DNA of 64,000 bases, from NCBI GenBank assembly GCA_951406725.2, contig OX597815.1, positions 22,258,001 to 22,322,000 on the forward strand. The letters run 5' to 3'. The position numbers and the translations under genes were made by a program. Under the pieces are notes generated by a model. That model ran no database searches. It was not told where the DNA came from and saw only the letters and a program-made list of their open reading frames with translations. Source of the stretch: Octopus vulgaris (taxonomy: Eukaryota). Each line of letters starts with the position of its first letter. The stretch's first letter is position 1. Shown here one piece after another: positions 58,395 to 64,000 of this stretch.

Positions 58395-59149
58395 CATACG
58401 TATATATCGTGGCACTCATATATTTGTAGTACCTCTTATACATAGGTATTATCAAACGCGGATTTTACCTTATTTGCAAGATGTGTCTATCTCTAATTTT
58501 CGCCGAGGAAAGAAAAGATAAGTTGACATTCGTTTTATATTCGTCTCTATTTTTATTTCATTATTATTTCATCATTGTTATTTCATTTTTATTTCGTATT
58601 TGTTTATTCGCAATTCTTTATTCGTTACTCGTAACTTTTATTCGTAATTTCTACTCGTATTTTTTTCTCTTTACAGTTTTTCCTTAAATGCTTATTCCTT
58701 GAATTTTTATTCCCGAAATTTTTACTCCTTAACTTTTAAATATTCAGTTATTATTTTTAATATTCAGTTATTATTAATATTCAGTTATTATTTTTATTTA
58801 TTCATTTCTGTATTTCTATTCATTTGTATTTGTTTAGCAAGAATATATTGAAGATATTTAGTATCATGAAGATATATAATAGGTAGGGGTAATGAAAAAT
58901 GTAGAGAAATCCAGACTTGAAGATTGGGAGTATGTCGACCGGATTAAGTATTGAAAATAGATACCTAGTATCTAATCAAACCCGACGTACTTTCATGAAA
59001 CGCATGTAGTCTTATAAACGGAAAATACGGGATTCAGAATAGATATAGTTAGTATAAGATTTAATATTTAACATTTTATGGAGTGGTCGGGTATGAAATC
59101 ATTCAGCGTTGAATGAGTTGAAGGTGGTACAGTCTCTAAAACTACATTT

Positions 59150-59238
<89 letters not shown>

Positions 59239-59279
59239 TGTATATACGTATACGTATATATACATATATATATATATAC

Positions 59280-59314
<35 letters not shown>

Positions 59315-59433
59315 AACATGTACATATATATATATATATATATATTTATATACATATATATATATACAAATATCTATCTATCTATTTATCTATATATATA
59401 TACATATACGATATATGTACATACATACATATA

Positions 59434-59482
<49 letters not shown>

Positions 59483-59486
<4 letters not shown>

Positions 59487-59871
59487 TAAGTAATTAAGGG
59501 TTTAGCAACGAATTGCCTCACCAACACACCGAATTTAGAAATAGCAGTCAAAGAGATATAGCTATTCCTTCTACTAAAAGGGGGATCTCAGTAAAAACAC
59601 AGCACTTGAAAGGCAAACACAGACAGGTAAGAAAGAAAGAGTGAAATGACGGCAATCTATCATACAATTTTAAGTTACCAACTTAAAATTGTATGATAGA
59701 TTGCCGTCATTTCATTCTTTTTCTTACCTGTCTGTGTTTGCCTTTCAAGTGCTGTGTTTTTACTGAGATCCCCCTTTTAGTAGAAGGAATAGCTATATCT
59801 CTTTGACTGCTATTTCTAAATTCGGTGTGTTGGTGAGGCAATTCGTTGCTAAACCCTTAATTACTTAGTAT
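59483..59871. repeat. Near-perfect palindrome with arms of about 190 bp
   Basis: Arms are reverse complements around a 3-nt spacer (acc, 59677-59679); flanked by (TA)n. Confidence 0.95.
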
Positions 59872-59968
59872 TACTTAAATTTTCCTCGAATGGGGCTTTT
59901 ACATGCCGAAATCTACTTGGTGTAATTGATAATTATTCCAAATTAATTAATTTCACCCTTTATTGTTA

Positions 59969-60047
<79 letters not shown>

Positions 60048-60153
60048 GCCTGCTCGCTTAGCCAGCGGGGTGTCGTCATTCGAAGGCTAAAACAATGCAA
60101 AGCGCATTGTGGCCAGCGATGTGTAGCAACATATGATAGCCTGGTCGGTCACG

Positions 60154-60228
<75 letters not shown>

Positions 60229-61182
60229 ATACACATGGATTTATTGGCACAAGACACCACAGAACGTAAGCAACATGAAATATGAAATACGAAATGGTAT
60301 ATATATATAATTTATTTATATAAATTATATAAATTTATATAAATTATATAATATATATATATAATAAAAGCTAAATAGATGGAAAACAAACAAGCAACAT
60401 AAAAATTCGACCCTTCATCTCTTCTATTTCGTATTTCGAGCGATTCACGACAAGATACGTTTTCGACAGAATAGTTGCTCCACCAAAGCAAATTAGATAT
60501 AATTTGGGATTTTGCGGAGGTTCAAAGTTGGTAACAAAACAGGACAGTGAAAACAAACAAGAAGGGTTGTTATGGCTACAGAAAGCACGTTGTTGAACGC
60601 GGAGGAATAAGCTCTGAGTGACGACGGAGAAGAATGCGCCTTATCCCTGCGGCTGATGAGAAAGAATGAAATACAAGTTAGGAAAAGAAAGATAGCCGAT
60701 GATAACGTGCGAGCAATAAGAGAGCAAAGGCGGAAGAATGAGGGAGAGGGAGACGCACACAGAGAACGGCAAAGGGTAGAGGAAAAGAATTGCAGAAGGG
60801 CTATGAAAGAAAGAAAACAAAAATAGGAGAAGGGGAGATAAAAAGAACTAGAGAAAGGAATAGAGAGGAAAAGAAAAAGGAGACGGAAAGAGTAATAAGA
60901 GATAGAAAGTGTCGCATCAAAATTATTAAGATAAAACTTACTTCGAAATGGATGCGTGGCATTCAGTCATATAATAATATAAATAATATATAAATATATA
61001 TGTATATATACATACATATATGTACATACTTACATATATATGTATATACACACTCATATATGGGTACAGGACACCACAGAACGTAAACAACAAGAAATAT
61101 AAAATACGAAAACATGGAATAAGAACATTTTGCGAAGTAAACAAACGAATGGAAAACAAGACATGTATATATATATATATGT

Positions 61183-61411
61183 TGTGTCTGGGGAGGGTCA
61201 TTTTCTTTTTGTGCCTTATTACTTAACACACTCACCGGTAAAATTTCCACTTTTTTCTTATTTTTATTGTCCTAAAATTTTCAAAACTATTGAAAAGGTT
61301 GCAAGACGCAACGAAAATTTTAGGACAATAAAAATAAGAAAAAAGTGGAAATTTTTACCGGTGAGTGTGTTACATAATAAGACACAAAAAGAAAATGACT
61401 CCCCGCAGACA
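61183..61411. repeat. Palindrome with arms of about 100 bp
   Basis: 61183-61282 versus 61313-61411; the 30-nt spacer holds a hammerhead-like core. Confidence 0.9.
61287..61323 (+). ncRNA. Hammerhead-like motif with U3:A8 core covariation
   Basis: cta-TTGAAAA-G-GTTGC(aagac)GCAAC-GAAA-AT-TT-tag: perfect 5-bp helix II, self-complementary AAAATTTT, only 3-bp helix I. Confidence 0.5.
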
Positions 61412-61828
61412 GAATATGCTTCAACACACGAACTCATATAAAGAATCTTGCAAACCAAATCCAAAAACGAAATATATATATATGTATATATATATGTGTG
61501 TATATGTATATATGTATATATATATGTATATATGTATATATATATGTATATGCATGTATATATACATATATATACATGTAGATATATATATACATATATA
61601 CGTATACATACGTATATATACACATATATATGCATATATATACATATATCCATACATATAAATATATTTACACGCACACATATATATTCATATATTCGTA
61701 CATATATATATATGCATATATATATATATATGCATATATATATACACATATATATATACATATATATACATATATATACATATATATACTTATATATATG
61801 TATATATATATGTATCTCTATATACATG

Positions 61829-61892
<64 letters not shown>

Positions 61893-61902
61893 TATTCATA
61901 TA

Positions 61903-62300
61903 GGCGCAGGAGTGACTGTGTGGTATGTAGCTAACTAACCACATGGTTTCGGGTTCAGTCCCACTGCGTGGCATTTTGGGCAAGTGCCTTCTACTATAGC
62001 CTCGGGCTGACCAATGCCTTGTGAGTGGATTTGGTAGACGGAAACTGAAAGAAGCCTGTCGTATATATGTATATATATATGTGTTTATGTGTCTGTGTTT
62101 GTCCCCCTAGCATTGCTTGACAACCGATGCTGGTGTGTTTACGTCCCCGTCACTTAGCGGTTCGGCAAAAGAGACCGATAGAATAAGTACTGGGCTTACA
62201 AAGAATAAGTCCCGGGGTCGATTTCTTCGACTAAAGGTGGTGCTCCAGCATGGCCGCAGTCAAATGACTGAAACAAGTAAAAGAGTAAAAGAGTAAAAGA
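61903..62300 (+). mobile_element. SINE family A, full length
   Basis: Complete head, internal microsatellite and (gtaaaaga)n tail. Confidence 0.88.
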
Positions 62301-62532
62301 TATATATATATATATCTGCATATACACGTATGCACAAATACATATACATCTGTATATGCATAAAAATGCATGCATACATATATACACATGTATATACACG
62401 AATGAACTTGTACATCCGAGTATATATATATATAACGGGAAGCTTTATGAAAATAAACAAAAGACGAAGGCAGGTGGAAAACAAACGAACAATTGTATTA
62501 GTATGGCGCTCAGGAAATATAAATAAAACAAG

Positions 62533-62570
62533 TCTTTAACGTTTCGAGCCTACGCTCTTCAACAGAAAGA
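62533..62570 (-). ncRNA. Minimal hammerhead-like motif, A6U core variant
   Basis: Minus strand tcttt-CTGTTGA-A-GAGC(gtag)GCTC-GAAA-CG-TT-aaaga: perfect helix I (5 bp) and helix II (4 bp), palindromic AACGTT helix III. Confidence 0.65.
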
Positions 62571-63129
62571 TACACAGAGAGAGAAAAACACAAAGAAGGA
62601 GAGAAAAAAAATGCGTGCAGTAGCTAACGAATCAACATGGCGATCTGTATATACACTCAAATATACCTACTTTCACACACACACACGCCCTCATATACAC
62701 CTATATATAACGAAGTACAATTGCGAATTATTTAAATATCATTTCAAATGACGTAAGCAACACAATATCCTCCTTGGAGAGACTTAAAAGAACATGACAT
62801 AGTCAGAAACTATACATACTGAACATTTGACCCCCACACTTCAACAAGTTTAATGGCCGAACGCCAACTCATTGGTTGTCAAAACAATATAAAGTTTAAT
62901 CCCTGGATAACGTTAAACCATAAATATGCCTTGTTATGTTTTGATTTATTTTTATTGATGAATATATATATATACTTTGTTGATATTTTGTTAGGTTCTG
63001 GCTATTTATGTGATGCATCACCAAGATAAATATATAGTTCTGTGAGAATTGACAAGAATAAATACTTGTATATTTAATCTCATTTCTATTGTGAATGTAC
63101 AGATTTTTCAACTTCCCAAACTGGTTACA

Positions 63130-63233
63130 ATGGTTATATTACCAATACCATATTCTTTACTTTTGTTTTTCTCTATGTTGTCAGTAGTGTTGGCAGTGGC
63201 TGCAGAAATTATTATCGATAAAATCAACTGCAG
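63130..63233 (+). CDS. Possible signal-peptide exon
   Basis: tacag acceptor ending at 63102, ATG at 63130, MVILPIPYSLLLFFSMLSVVLAVAAEIIIDKINC, CAG|gtaaaa donor. Confidence 0.3.
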
Positions 63234-64000
63234 GTAAAACTTATTCTGTTTTTTTCAAATTTTTTTTAAGACATAATAGTACACTTTAATAACAAGTAGT
63301 ATGTAACGTGTTGTACTTTAGTACCAGGTTATTTCTAATTCACCACATTTATGATAAATGGCGACTAAGTATATTTCGTTAGGCTTAAATAGGATCATAT
63401 AATCTAATGCGTTTAAGAGAGTAGAGAGTAGAGTGTTACTTGAATGAGATTTAGTTACTATTTGTGGTAGGCTGAGCCTCTACGTAGAAGCTACCTCGTT
63501 GATTTGCGGTTTGTTGATAAGTATGCATGCGCCTGAATGTGTGTATGTGTGTGAGTTTATTAAACATATACTACCTACTGAATATTACTGACAAATGAAA
63601 TATATCAATACGATATAAGAAACGGTTTCTGCATCAAGCATTCGTTGCTTGTTTTTTTAAAAAAAACTATACGCTTAATATTTTCATTACAACATGCATT
63701 TGAAACTTAGAATTAATCACTTCACACATCAGCCACTAATGATTTTAAGTTGTAGGGTTAACTGAAGATATCTATGTGCAGTCAGTTAATTTGCATGAAA
63801 TAGCACCTAAATTATATTTATTATCTTAAAAACCATATTGAATAATGTAGTGCTAGATGAAACGTTTTTGATAACAATATGTAGCAATTTTGGCTGCCTT
63901 ACATTGCTGAAAGAAATGGTGCGTCAAGGATATACGAAATATATCCTATCACCATCGTATATGCTACTGCTGTTGGTATCTGTTAGCGGGATTCTCTTCA

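Overview
AT-rich, microsatellite-laden animal genomic DNA. The tRNA-derived SINE families resemble those of Octopus, so the source is inferred to be a coleoid cephalopod. The window is mostly intronic sequence of a minus-strand RET/FGFR-like receptor tyrosine kinase gene. Four consecutive kinase-domain exons splice in frame (41664-41875, 31851-31979, 27333-27403, 21541-21581), but the catalytic motifs are degenerate (HRD>HGD, DFG>NLR, APE>DPN), suggesting a pseudokinase. The NLR codons lie two A-to-I edits away from DLG. The rest is transposon-derived: three SINE families, a young 5'-truncated LINE sharing its 3' end with one SINE, Tc1/mariner, Merlin, Helitron and piggyBac-type MITE remnants, and Penelope-like fragments. 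The least obvious signal is a set of at least six sequence-diverse minimal type I hammerhead ribozyme motifs with self-complementary helix III. Several sit at the centres of long palindromes and several lie on the kinase sense strand. Almost all other ORFs in the track are microsatellite or SINE artefacts.
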